A DNA stretch of 21,359 bases from an archaeon (GTDB lineage Archaea; EX4484-52; WAPT01): positions 1 to 21,359 of the forward strand of contig JAPDKB010000020.1 of assembly GCA_029258795.1 (NCBI GenBank). The letters run 5' to 3'. Shown here piece after piece: positions 1 to 8,171 of this stretch. Made by a program: the position numbers and the translations under genes. Under the pieces are notes generated by a model. It was not told the origin of the DNA. It did no database searches and saw only the letters and a program-made list of their open reading frames with translations. How positions within the stretch are numbered: the first letter of the stretch is position 1; every line of letters starts with the position of its first letter.

Positions 1-1
1 C

Positions 2-2299
2 CTTACCCTGGAGCTTGGCCTGCCATTCCTCGAATGTCGGTGTCTTGCCTGCCTGTGCAAGCTCTGCCACGAGCTGGTTGGCTGCCGGACCACCAACCAG
101 TATTATGTTCTTTGCACCCTTGTACTGTCCTGCCTCTGTATCGAGAGCTGCTATTCCAGTTCCAGCCAGTGCTGGGAATGTCATCTCGGCAGCTCCGGTG
201 CTCACAGTTCCACCGAACTGTGGATCAGGTCCTATAGCGACAGTGTAGTACACCTGCTCATCTGGGTATGTTATTGTTACCTTACCCTGATCATTGACCA
301 GTTTCTCCACATAGGTACCCCATCTTGTCAGAGAGGTGTATTTGTCGTCGTTGCTACCCCACTGTTCGAAGCCCATGTCGTAGAGGCCTACACCCGGTAC
401 ATATCCATACACTACGACGTTATCGACAGTTATATATTCGTTGCTTGTATCCCAACCCGCATAAACAATCGTTGCGCCCTGGTGGTCGTCGTCATCCTTT
501 TCTTCTATTATCAAAACTGCTGGCTTTGTTGTATCTTTCAGGGTTATTTCGACATTTGATCCTTGTGCAGTGAAGTTGTATAGCGAGCAGAGTTCATCCG
601 AACTTGAAATTCCTGATGTGGTGGTTACTGTACCCTCACATCCAGGTAGTTTAACCAAGGTGTTATTTTCTACTGTAACAGGTGCCACGAACGCTAGCTC
701 TTCACCTTTTCTGAGTTTCATTACTGGGAACACCACTGTTTCGGTTCCTGCATCATTATAACTGGCGCCGTCTCCCCATGTCACAGTAACGTCCGTGCCA
801 TCGGTAGAGAAGTAATACGTGTATCCGTCGATCACCTTACTTCCCTGTCCAGTACCGTTTAAGTTGACTTTGTATGTTGTGCCCGTGATCACATCCTCAA
901 GTTCTATCTCGTTGTCGCTATCACCAGAGCTGTATTTTATGTCCTTGACTTTCAGAATGTGTGCAAAATCTCCATCTTTTGAAATCACCAAGTACCCTTT
1001 CTCGGGTATTCCCTGCCCTTCATACGTCATTACTGGTTGTTTGTCGTCGTTATCAAGATATAAATTGCCGGAGTCATCTGCATATGCAAACGTCACGGTC
1101 TTCGTGTTTCCTCTCTTGTCGGTGAATTTCACTGTTGCATAGTCATCTCCAGATGTGCTGACCACAATCTGGTCAGCTGTTGGTAATACCTCTGCGGTGT
1201 TGTCCTTGAACTTGACTTTGAAGCCGAATACAGGATCCACAAACTCGCCACCGAGTGGTATGAAGTCGCTGTCGGAATCTTGTGCTGCAACTTTTATTTC
1301 AATGGTGGAAACTCCCTCACTTCCAGTAGTAATGGAAACAGTAGTACCGTCTACAGTATCTTCGTCTTTTCCTATTTTAACGGATTGCCCATTTTCTAGG
1401 ACAACTTTCTTGCTTCCCACTGTTAGCACAACATTACCGGTCTTCTCTGGTACTTCGTAAAGGTTAATTTCTTTTACATGGAATACTGTATCTCCTATAG
1501 TTACGTCATCTCCCTCGCTTTTTGTGTAGCTCTTGCCATTAATCACAATAGTTGCTGATGTTCCATCCGAACCTATACCTGCCACACTTACCGTGTACTC
1601 GTTTCCGTCAATTGTTACTGTTGTTTCCTGTCCAGCTGCAACTGTTATTTCCTGAGAAGCTTCGTACAGGATGATTTTCTGGTCGGTAGAATCTTGACCT
1701 ATTGTAAATTCCTTACCAAACAACTCTATTGTATTGCCCTGAACATCGGAGTTTGAGAAGTTAAGCTCATCGTTGAAAACGACCTTTAGGGTGTATAGTG
1801 GGTCGTTATAGTCAGTTCCTACATCTACATACACGATTGGGTCATCCAGATCACCGGGCTTACCTGCCTTTACTTGTTTATTTCCAATGTAAATGTACTG
1901 GTCATAGTCATACTCCTCTCCAGTGTCATCTGTTACTGTTCCGCTTGCGAGCAGGTTCGGCAGGTCATCACTTGTCAATGCCTGCTTTGCCTTATCAATT
2001 GTGTCGAGCAGATACACCTTCTCGCTCTCGGTTTCGAGAGCGACACCGTTTGTAACTTTTGTCACTTCTCCTCCTCCAGTCACTGTTGCCTCAGCTCCGT
2101 GCCTTGCCAGAGCTGCTGCAACGTTTATTGCACCAACAACGTCTGCTGTCTTTGCGTTTGCTCCCACCACAACCACTGTATCTGCTGTCGTCATGTCTTT
2201 GAATGCAGACAGGTCTGCAGCCAGAGCTCCAGCCAGCACAGCAGAGCTGGCCATCAAGGAGCCGACCAATGTAGCTCCTATTCTCTTCAGCTTCTGCAT
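2..2299 (-). CDS. S-layer protein (S_layer_N/S_layer_C type), 3' end beyond the left window edge; at least 766 codons
   Basis: Manual translation from ATG 2299 gives a signal peptide MQKLKRIGATLVGSLMASSAVLAGALA, then VVVGANAKTADVVGAINVAAAL and DDLPNLLASG. The body is T/D/G/V-rich with sequons NFS, NGT, NNT and NFT, and NIILVGGPAANQLV lies near the edge. The frame was consistent at every point checked. RBS GGTGAG lies upstream. It is absent from the ORF track because there is no stop in the window. Confidence 0.9.
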   Translation of the reverse strand, partial: MQKLKRIGATLVGSLMASSAVLAGALAADLSAFKDMTTADTVVVVGANAKTADVVGAINVAAALARHGAEATVTGGGEVTKVTNGVALETESEKVYLLDTIDKAKQALTSDDLPNLLASGTVTDDTGEEYDYDQYIYIGNKQVKAGKPGDLDDPIVYVDVGTDYNDPLYTLKVVFNDELNFSNSDVQGNTIELFGKEFTIGQDSTDQKIILYEASQEITVAAGQETTVTIDGNEYTVSVAGIGSDGTSATIVINGKSYTKSEGDDVTIGDTVFHVKEINLYEVPEKTGNVVLTVGSKKVVLENGQSVKIGKDEDTVDGTTVSITTGSEGVSTIEIKVAAQDSDSDFIPLGGEFVDPVFGFKVKFKDNTAEVLPTADQIVVSTSGDDYATVKFTDKRGNTKTVTFAYADDSGNLYLDNDDKQPVMTYEGQGIPEKGYLVISKDGDFAHILKVKDIKYSSGDSDNEIELEDVITGTTYKVNLNGTGQGSKVIDGYTYYFSTDGTDVTVTWGDGASYNDAGTETVVFPVMKLRKGEELAFVAPVTVENNTLVKLPGCEGTVTTTSGISSSDELCSLYNFTAQGSNVEITLKDTTKPAVLIIEEKDDDDHQGATIVYAGWDTSNEYITVDNVVVYGYVPGVGLYDMGFEQWGSNDDKYTSLTRWGTYVEKLVNDQGKVTITYPDEQVYYTVAIGPDPQFGGTVSTGAAEMTFPALAGTGIAALDTEAGQYKGAKNIILVGGPAANQLVAELAQAGKTPTFEEWQAKLQGK

Positions 2300-2331
2300 A
2301 TTTCACTCACCTTTTTCGTTGTTTTTCTTCA

Positions 2332-2359
2332 TAGGACTCGCTCATAAGGGCGAGTCCTA
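2332..2359 (-). promoter_or_regulatory. 5' leader stem-loop of the S-layer mRNA
   Basis: Perfect 10-bp inverted repeat TAGGACTCGC (2332-2341) / GCGAGTCCTA (2350-2359) with an 8-nt loop, lying between the TATA box and the RBS. Confidence 0.7.
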
Positions 2360-2377
2360 CACATAAATTGCACGCCC

Positions 2378-2395
2378 TTTATATATATTTTTAAC
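2378..2395 (-). promoter_or_regulatory. BRE/TATA promoter of the S-layer gene
   Basis: The minus strand reads gttaaaaaTATATATAAAgg, about 20-25 nt before the leader hairpin. Confidence 0.7.
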
Positions 2396-2658
2396 TTGAA
2401 ACTGTTTCACACGAAAAATGATGTTCGCAATGCAATATTTTTTTCATCGATTTCTATGCTTTTCTTTAAGATAATTGTTTCAAACTTCAATTTTTCTTTT
2501 ATTTTTCTAAAACATTCAAAATTCTTTGATTTTGATTTTTGCAGTTTGTGAAACCACCATCATGCCATAGTTCAGCTTGATCTTGAATCATCCAAGATGT
2601 GAAAGTAACAACGAGAGGTGGATAAGCTTTCCATCATTCTCACGAAATTTTTAATGAT

Positions 2659-2712
2659 ATACTGCCTCATGGTACAAAATTATAAAAATACGTACTACAT
2701 ATAATACAAGTC
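2659..2712 (+). promoter_or_regulatory. Promoter and putative operators of ATPase 1
   Basis: TTATAAAA at 2680-2687 is flanked by GTAC (2672-2675) and the imperfect palindrome GTACTACATATAATAC (2692-2707, 12/16). ATG is at 2713, with no SD. Confidence 0.55.
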
Positions 2713-4017
2713 ATGAGACGATATCTTATAGATAAAAAGGAAGATATAAAAGAATTGGAAGTAAAAGAAAGGGAGATTGGTTTCTTTGAAACACGATCTG
2801 TGGCTCAAACCATAATTGGGCCCAGAAGAGCTGGAAAGAGTTTCTCGCTCTTCTTTTGGATAAAGAAAAAAAAGCTAAGAGATGAGGATTATATCTTTGT
2901 GAACTTTGAAGATGATGAAATCAAAAACATGAAACGTGATGAAAAGGTTAGGTGTATTGAAGCACACCTTGAAATATACGGTAAGGAACCGAAATATCTG
3001 TTCTTTGACGAAATTCAGGAGCTTGAAAGATGGGAATCCTTTCTTTACAGTTTGGTGGAGAAAAGAAGATACGCTATTTTCGTAACGGGCTCAACCTCGA
3101 AAATCTCTAGCAAAGAAATAGCTTCAGAGCTTCGCGGTAGGTGTATAACAAAAGTTGTATTCCCTCTCAATTTTAGAGAATACATTAAAATAATGAGTGA
3201 GTATCACACCGCACCTCTTTCGAGTAGAAAGGAAAACATAATAAAACACAGACTTAAAACTTATCTGAACAGTAGTGGTTTTCCACAGATAGTGATAGAT
3301 GGTCTACCCCCAAAACTCTTCATTCGGGAGTATATTTCTACAGTCGTTTTTAGAGACCTTGTGGAGAAGTATCACATAGACAGCTTGTCAAATGCCCGTT
3401 ATTTTTTGGGTCGTGTTGTTGCAGCTTACGGAAATAGATTTTCAATTAACAAGGTTTATAATGAAATGAAGTCTTCAGGAATGAAGGTGGGTAAAGGTGT
3501 TCTCTACAATTATCTTGCTTATCTGGAGGATCTGTTGATAGCATTTTCATTAAGAAAATTCAGTTACTCAGAGAGAGAATCACAAGTATCCATCCCTAAG
3601 GTATTTCTGTGTGATCATGGGCTAGCCAATTACTTCATGACGACAAGATTTTCCGAAAATATTGGTAGGAATATGGAGAATGTGGTGTTCATCGAACTGA
3701 AGAAAGAATCATTCGAGAAAGATATTGAAATATTCTATTATCATGATCCGTTACAGCAGTACGAGGTTGATTTCGTTGTGAAGGAGGGAATGGAGGTGAA
3801 GCAGCTGATACAGGTCTGCTATGCTTCAAACTTTGATGAGGTGGAGCACAGGGAGCTCAGAGCATTGCTGAGAGCGAAGGATGTGCTGAACTGCAGGAAT
3901 TTGCTTGTCATAACATGGGATTATGAGGACACAAGAGAAATCAGGTGGTTTGGGAGAACTGGAAAAATAAGGTTTGTGCCTTTGTGGAAGTGGTTGCTCA
4001 ACCTCGCTAAAGCGTAA
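2713..4017 (+). CDS. AAA_14 + DUF4143 ATP-binding protein (COG1373 family), copy 1
   Basis: Walker A GPRRAGKS, Walker B FFDEIQ, TGS, LRGR, GFP, a wHTH-like segment, MENVVF and EVDF..LIQV. Confidence 0.92.
   Translation: MRRYLIDKKEDIKELEVKEREIGFFETRSVAQTIIGPRRAGKSFSLFFWIKKKKLRDEDYIFVNFEDDEIKNMKRDEKVRCIEAHLEIYGKEPKYLFFDEIQELERWESFLYSLVEKRRYAIFVTGSTSKISSKEIASELRGRCITKVVFPLNFREYIKIMSEYHTAPLSSRKENIIKHRLKTYLNSSGFPQIVIDGLPPKLFIREYISTVVFRDLVEKYHIDSLSNARYFLGRVVAAYGNRFSINKVYNEMKSSGMKVGKGVLYNYLAYLEDLLIAFSLRKFSYSERESQVSIPKVFLCDHGLANYFMTTRFSENIGRNMENVVFIELKKESFEKDIEIFYYHDPLQQYEVDFVVKEGMEVKQLIQVCYASNFDEVEHRELRALLRAKDVLNCRNLLVITWDYEDTREIRWFGRTGKIRFVPLWKWLLNLAKA
3753..4002 (+). repeat. Conserved 3' block, type A (pairs with 7863-8112)
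   Basis: 250 nt with 11 mismatches to 7863-8112 by manual alignment; offset 4110. Confidence 0.95.
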
Positions 4018-4128
4018 TCCTCAGGGCGTCAGATTTTCAACAGCACTCCTAGGATCCTGTGCTTTCGCCATCCTCTAAAATTAGTGACTTATGGAAACGG
4101 TTATAAGATTGTACAAAATTAATTAAAA

Positions 4129-4180
4129 TGAATCCCATTGGGATTAAATTTTATATATTTTTGAATCCCACTTATACCAT
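4129..4180 (+). promoter_or_regulatory. Promoter and putative operators of ATPase 2
   Basis: Palindrome AATCCCA-T-TGGGATT at 4131-4145 and TTTATATA at 4150-4157. TGAATCCCA is repeated at 4129 and 4162 (33-bp period). Confidence 0.7.
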
Positions 4181-5434
4181 ATGCTCAGGGATTATCTAAT
4201 AGAAATAAAAAGGGACATCTCGGAGCTGAGAGTGTATCCCCGAGATATAGATGTAAATGTGAATTATCCTCTTGCAATAGTTGGTCCTAGAAGAGCCGGA
4301 AAAAGTTTTTTTCTGTTTCATCTTATAAAAACGCTAAACCTTAATGAAGAGGACTACCTGTACGTCAACTTCGAGGACTATGAAGTAAAGACGACAGACC
4401 CGTCCCAGCTGTTACCGACGCATTTTGAAATATACAGGCGAGAACCAAAATACCTTTTTTTGGACGAGGTTCAGAGCATAAAGAACTGGAGCCATTTTGT
4501 GTACTCTTTGGTGGAGCGAAAGAAATACAGAGTCATCCTGAGCGGTTCTTCATCAAAGCTTTTATCAAAAGAGGTGGCATCTTTCTTGAGGGGTAGATTC
4601 CTGTCAAAGCTCTTGCTTCCTCTCTCGTTCAGCGAGTTTCTGACGTTCAGGAACGTGATGCTGGATGAAATTCTGAGCAGGAAGGACATATCGATAGTAA
4701 GAGGTTACTTAATGGAGTACCTGAAAAACGGAGGATTTCCTGAAATAGTTCTCGGGATCATAAGAAAAAAAGACTTTGTGAGGCAGTATCTGGATGTGGT
4801 GCTTTATAGAGATTTTGTTGAGAGATTTAATATAGAAAATCCGGAGGCAGCCAAATTCATTCTTTATTCTCTGATCCAGTCGAACGCCTCGAAAATCTCA
4901 TCAAACAAAATCTATAATCAGCTCAGACAGATAACAAAAGTGAGCAACAAAACGGTGAGGAAATATCTGTCTCTCTTTCAGGACACTTTGGTGATATTTT
5001 TCACAAAGAAATTCCATTACTCTGCGAAAAAAACACATCTGTCGCAACCCAAAATTTATTTATGCGACCTCTCCCTAGAGCTTGAGGAAGATGGTACGGG
5101 AAGAAAGATGGAAAATGTGGTGTTCTTGAATTTAATAAGGAGGGATCAAGAACCGTTCTACTTTGAAACCCATGAAGGCTATGAAGTGGATTTTCTGATT
5201 AAAAACGGCTTCCGGATCAAACAACTTATCCAAGTGACTTATGCCAGTTCCTTTGACGAGATAGAGCACAGAGAAATAAGGGCGTTGCTGCATGCTTATG
5301 ATGTGCTGAAGGAACACAAACCGGAACTGCTTGTGATAACATGGGATTATGAGGACACAAGGGAGATCAGGTGGTTCGGAAAGAGCGGGAAAATAAGGTT
5401 TGTGCCTTTGTGGAAGTGGTTGTTGAAAATTTAA
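4181..5434 (+). CDS. AAA_14 + DUF4143 ATP-binding protein, copy 2
   Basis: GPRRAGKS, FLDEVQ, SGSSSKLL, LRGR, GGFPE, MENVVF and EVDF..LIQVT. Confidence 0.92.
   Translation: MLRDYLIEIKRDISELRVYPRDIDVNVNYPLAIVGPRRAGKSFFLFHLIKTLNLNEEDYLYVNFEDYEVKTTDPSQLLPTHFEIYRREPKYLFLDEVQSIKNWSHFVYSLVERKKYRVILSGSSSKLLSKEVASFLRGRFLSKLLLPLSFSEFLTFRNVMLDEILSRKDISIVRGYLMEYLKNGGFPEIVLGIIRKKDFVRQYLDVVLYRDFVERFNIENPEAAKFILYSLIQSNASKISSNKIYNQLRQITKVSNKTVRKYLSLFQDTLVIFFTKKFHYSAKKTHLSQPKIYLCDLSLELEEDGTGRKMENVVFLNLIRRDQEPFYFETHEGYEVDFLIKNGFRIKQLIQVTYASSFDEIEHREIRALLHAYDVLKEHKPELLVITWDYEDTREIRWFGKSGKIRFVPLWKWLLKI
5267..5425 (+). repeat. Conserved 3' block, type B (copy 2)
   Basis: 5327-5382 is identical to 6669-6724 (56 nt). 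5390-5422 is identical to 3964-3996, 8074-8106 and 9408-9440 (33 nt). Confidence 0.93.
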
Positions 5435-5486
5435 TAATAACCATAATACAAAAATTTATAAAAATTGTATACCCATTATACAAATC
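5435..5486 (+). promoter_or_regulatory. Promoter and putative operators of ATPase 3
   Basis: TTTATAAA at 5455-5462 and palindrome TTGTATA-CCCAT-TATACAA at 5465-5483. CCATwATACAAA occurs at 5441 and 5473 (32-bp period). Confidence 0.7.
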
Positions 5487-6779
5487 ATGGTATTCAACGA
5501 CAGCCTTGTTTTGGAGTTCTTTGAAAGTATGGAGCGGAGATTGAAAACAGAGGATATAATTGAGAGAGATCTAAAAACAAAACCCGTCCGTGATAAGGTT
5601 GTAGTGATAATCGGTCCGAGAAGAGCTGGGAAAACTTACTATTTATTCCACAAGAAAAGAGAGCATGGTGGCGTCTACATCGATTTTGAGGGCATAGAGT
5701 TCAGCAAACTTGAGGGTGAAGATGTGATCAAAATAGTGAAATTGTATGAAAATTACTACAGCAGGAAGGTCGATGTGATCTATTTGGATGAGGTACAGAG
5801 TTTAAAAAACTGGGAAAGAGTTGTGAGATCGCTTTTGAATCTCAATTACAAGGTGTACGTCACAGGATCATCCTCTAAGCTTTTGAGCAAGGAAATCGCT
5901 TCTCTTTTAAGGGGCAGATCTCTCTCCTACCTCCTCCTGCCGTTCTCATTCGAGGAATTTCTGAAGGTAAAGCAACTTACCAAAAAAGAAACGTATTCTA
6001 TTTCAGAGGTCACCCGCATAAAGAATTATTTGAGAGATTACCTCGATATTGGTGGTTTTCCCGAAGTGGTTCTTAAAGAGGAAAAAGAAAAAATTCTGAG
6101 GGAATACGTTGACTTGGCTTTTTTCAAGGATTTCGTCGAGAGACACGAAATAAAGAGCATGGAAGTGGCCAGAATAATCTTTGAATACATTTTGCAGAAC
6201 TTCTCAAAGGAAATATCAATAACAAAAATTCAGAACTTCATAGAAAAAACAATCGGAGTGAAAACAAAGACCACAATCTACGATTATCTAGAGAAACTGC
6301 AAGACACCATGTTTTTCTTTTTTGTAGAGAGATATGAACCCAGTGTTTACAAGAGAAAAAAGTATCCAAAAAAAGCATATCTATGTGATGTGGGCCTGAC
6401 GAAAATTTTCAGATTTTCTGAGGATTCTGGCAAAAAGATGGAGAACGTTGTATTTCTAGAGATTTTAAGAAAAACTAATGAGAAAGCAATGGAAATCTAT
6501 TATCTGAGGACACGTGAGGGTTATGAGGTTGATTTCTTAGTGAAAGATGGTGAGAGAGTCACACAGCTTATACAGGTCACGCGTGCATCAGCTTTCGATG
6601 AAATAAATCACAGAGAAATAAGGGCGTTGCTGCACGCTTATAATATCCTAAAAGAACACAAACCGGAGCTGCTTGTGATAACATGGGATTATGAGGACAC
6701 AAGGGAGATCAGGTGGTTCGGAAAAAGCGGAAAGATTAAATTCTTACCCCTCTGGAAGTGGTTGTTGGATATCAAATAA
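5487..6779 (+). CDS. AAA_14 + DUF4143 ATP-binding protein, copy 3
   Basis: GPRRAGKT, YLDEVQ, TGSSSKLL, LRGR, GGFPE, YLCDVG, MENVVF and EVDF..LIQVT. Confidence 0.92.
   Translation: MVFNDSLVLEFFESMERRLKTEDIIERDLKTKPVRDKVVVIIGPRRAGKTYYLFHKKREHGGVYIDFEGIEFSKLEGEDVIKIVKLYENYYSRKVDVIYLDEVQSLKNWERVVRSLLNLNYKVYVTGSSSKLLSKEIASLLRGRSLSYLLLPFSFEEFLKVKQLTKKETYSISEVTRIKNYLRDYLDIGGFPEVVLKEEKEKILREYVDLAFFKDFVERHEIKSMEVARIIFEYILQNFSKEISITKIQNFIEKTIGVKTKTTIYDYLEKLQDTMFFFFVERYEPSVYKRKKYPKKAYLCDVGLTKIFRFSEDSGKKMENVVFLEILRKTNEKAMEIYYLRTREGYEVDFLVKDGERVTQLIQVTRASAFDEINHREIRALLHAYNILKEHKPELLVITWDYEDTREIRWFGKSGKIKFLPLWKWLLDIK
6564..6767 (+). repeat. Conserved 3' block, type B (copy 3)
   Basis: 6570-6622 is identical to 9246-9298 (53 nt), and 6669-6724 is identical to 5327-5382. 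Confidence 0.93.
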
Positions 6780-6787
6780 TTGAAAAC

Positions 6788-6837
6788 TTCCTCATAATAA
6801 GGAAAAATTTTTAAAAAATTAGTTCTATAATAAGGAC
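6788..6837 (+). promoter_or_regulatory. Promoter and putative operators of ATPase 4
   Basis: Imperfect palindrome TTCCTCATAATAAGGAA at 6788-6804 and TTTAAAAA at 6810-6817. ATAATAAGGA occurs at 6794 and 6827 (33-bp period). Confidence 0.7.
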
Positions 6838-8127
6838 ATGCTTCGAAAAGATGTAGTGGATTTTCTAAAAGAGTACGAAGAATTCAGGCCAGAAATAATC
6901 GAGCGGGATTTAGAAATAACACCAAGCATCAAATTTATAACCTCGATAATCGGTCCGAGAAGGGCCGGGAAAACTTACTATCTTCTTCATCTTAGAGAAA
7001 AATTCAAAAAACCCCTGTATCTCAACTTTGAAGACACGAGACTAATGGACACAAAGGGAAAAGAGCTCAGAGAGATCATAAGAATATTCATGGAAATATA
7101 TGGTGCTTCTCCAGATGTGCTGCTTTTAGATGAGGTTCAAAATCTCCCTGAATGGGAAGGAGTGCTCAGAGAGCTTCACGACCTGAAGAAATATCCAATA
7201 GTAGTGACGGGCTCTTCATCCCGTCTTCTTGCAAGAGAGATAGCAACACAGCTGAGGGGGAGAACGCTAACGTACATTCTTTTACCTTTTTCCTTCACTG
7301 AATTTTGTAAAGCAAAGAAAATAATCGTTAATGACTTGCTCTCCAGAGATGAAGAAGCGAAATTTATTGCCCTTCTAAGAGAATATCTCCAATTCGGTGG
7401 GTTCCCGGATGTTGTTTTGAGCGAGGATAAACTGAAGATCTTAAAAGAATATTCAGATCTTATTCTGTTCCGGGATTTCATTGAAAGACACGAAATCAGA
7501 AATCTGAGCCTAGCAAGACATATATTTTCGTTCATCACGCAGAATTTTTCAAAGGAGATATCGGTAAACTCCCTATACAATCGCTTCCGTTCCAGCGGTC
7601 TGAGAGTTTCCAAGGACACCATCTACGAATATCTGGAAAAGCTTGAGGACACGCTTTTTGTTTTCTTCCTGCAGAAATATTCTCTGAAAGTGCACATGAG
7701 AGAATCATATCCAAAAAAAGTATATGTGTGCGACACGGGAATAACACGAGTTACGAGATTTAGCGAGGATTTGGGCAAGCTCATGGAAAATGCTGTTTTT
7801 CTGGAGCTCAGGAGGAGGGAGAACGCGAACCCGTTGCAGGAAATCTACTATTTCAAGGATGCACAGCAGTACGAGGTTGATTTCGTTGTGAAGGAGGGAA
7901 CGGAGGTGAAGCAGCTGATACAGGTTTGCTATGCTTCAAGCTTTGATGAGGTGGAGCACAGGGAGCTCAGAGCATTGCTGAGAGCGAAGGATGTGCTGAA
8001 CTGCAGGAATTTGATTGTGATAACATGGGACTATGAGGGCACAAGGGAGATCAGGTGGTTCGGGAGAACTGGAAAAATAAGGTTTGTGCCTTTGTGGAAG
8101 TGGTTGCTGAACATCAACTTTCCGTAA
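6838..8127 (+). CDS. AAA_14 + DUF4143 ATP-binding protein, copy 4
   Basis: GPRRAGKT, LLDEVQ, TGSSSRLL, LRGR, GGFPD, YVCDTG, MENAVF and EVDF..LIQVC. Confidence 0.92.
   Translation: MLRKDVVDFLKEYEEFRPEIIERDLEITPSIKFITSIIGPRRAGKTYYLLHLREKFKKPLYLNFEDTRLMDTKGKELREIIRIFMEIYGASPDVLLLDEVQNLPEWEGVLRELHDLKKYPIVVTGSSSRLLAREIATQLRGRTLTYILLPFSFTEFCKAKKIIVNDLLSRDEEAKFIALLREYLQFGGFPDVVLSEDKLKILKEYSDLILFRDFIERHEIRNLSLARHIFSFITQNFSKEISVNSLYNRFRSSGLRVSKDTIYEYLEKLEDTLFVFFLQKYSLKVHMRESYPKKVYVCDTGITRVTRFSEDLGKLMENAVFLELRRRENANPLQEIYYFKDAQQYEVDFVVKEGTEVKQLIQVCYASSFDEVEHRELRALLRAKDVLNCRNLIVITWDYEGTREIRWFGRTGKIRFVPLWKWLLNINFP
7863..8112 (+). repeat. Conserved 3' block, type A (pairs with 3753-4002)
   Basis: About 96% identical to 3753-4002 (11 mismatches in 250 nt). 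Confidence 0.95.
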
Positions 8128-8129
8128 TG

Positions 8130-8161
8130 AAATGCACAAAAATTTAAATTTTTGTGCATTT
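8130..8161. promoter_or_regulatory. 32-bp perfect palindrome centred on the TATA box of ATPase 5
   Basis: AAATGCACAAAAATTT|AAATTTTTGTGCATTT, with TTTAAA at 8143-8148, about 26 nt before ATG 8172. Confidence 0.75.
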
Positions 8162-8171
8162 AATGTTGATC

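Noticed and set aside
15-2366. Many + strand ORFs and the 71-aa minus ORF 2091-2306
   Set aside because: They are shadows or alternate frames of the S-layer gene on the minus strand, with unnatural composition.
2400-2640. Possible ncRNA or gene remnant in the S-layer/ATPase spacer
   Set aside because: Only T-rich sequence and a weak 6-bp hairpin (ATCTTG/CAAGAT) were found, with no tRNA fold or credible ORF.
4042-4064. AGCAC/GTGCT hairpin as a terminator after ATPase 1
   Set aside because: The stem is only 5 bp with a short T tail, too weak to call.
3753-8112. Diversity-generating retroelement TR/VR pair
   Set aside because: There is no reverse transcriptase in the window. The 11 mismatches are mixed (C/T, A/G, C/G, C/A) rather than adenine-specific, and both copies lie in intact ORFs.
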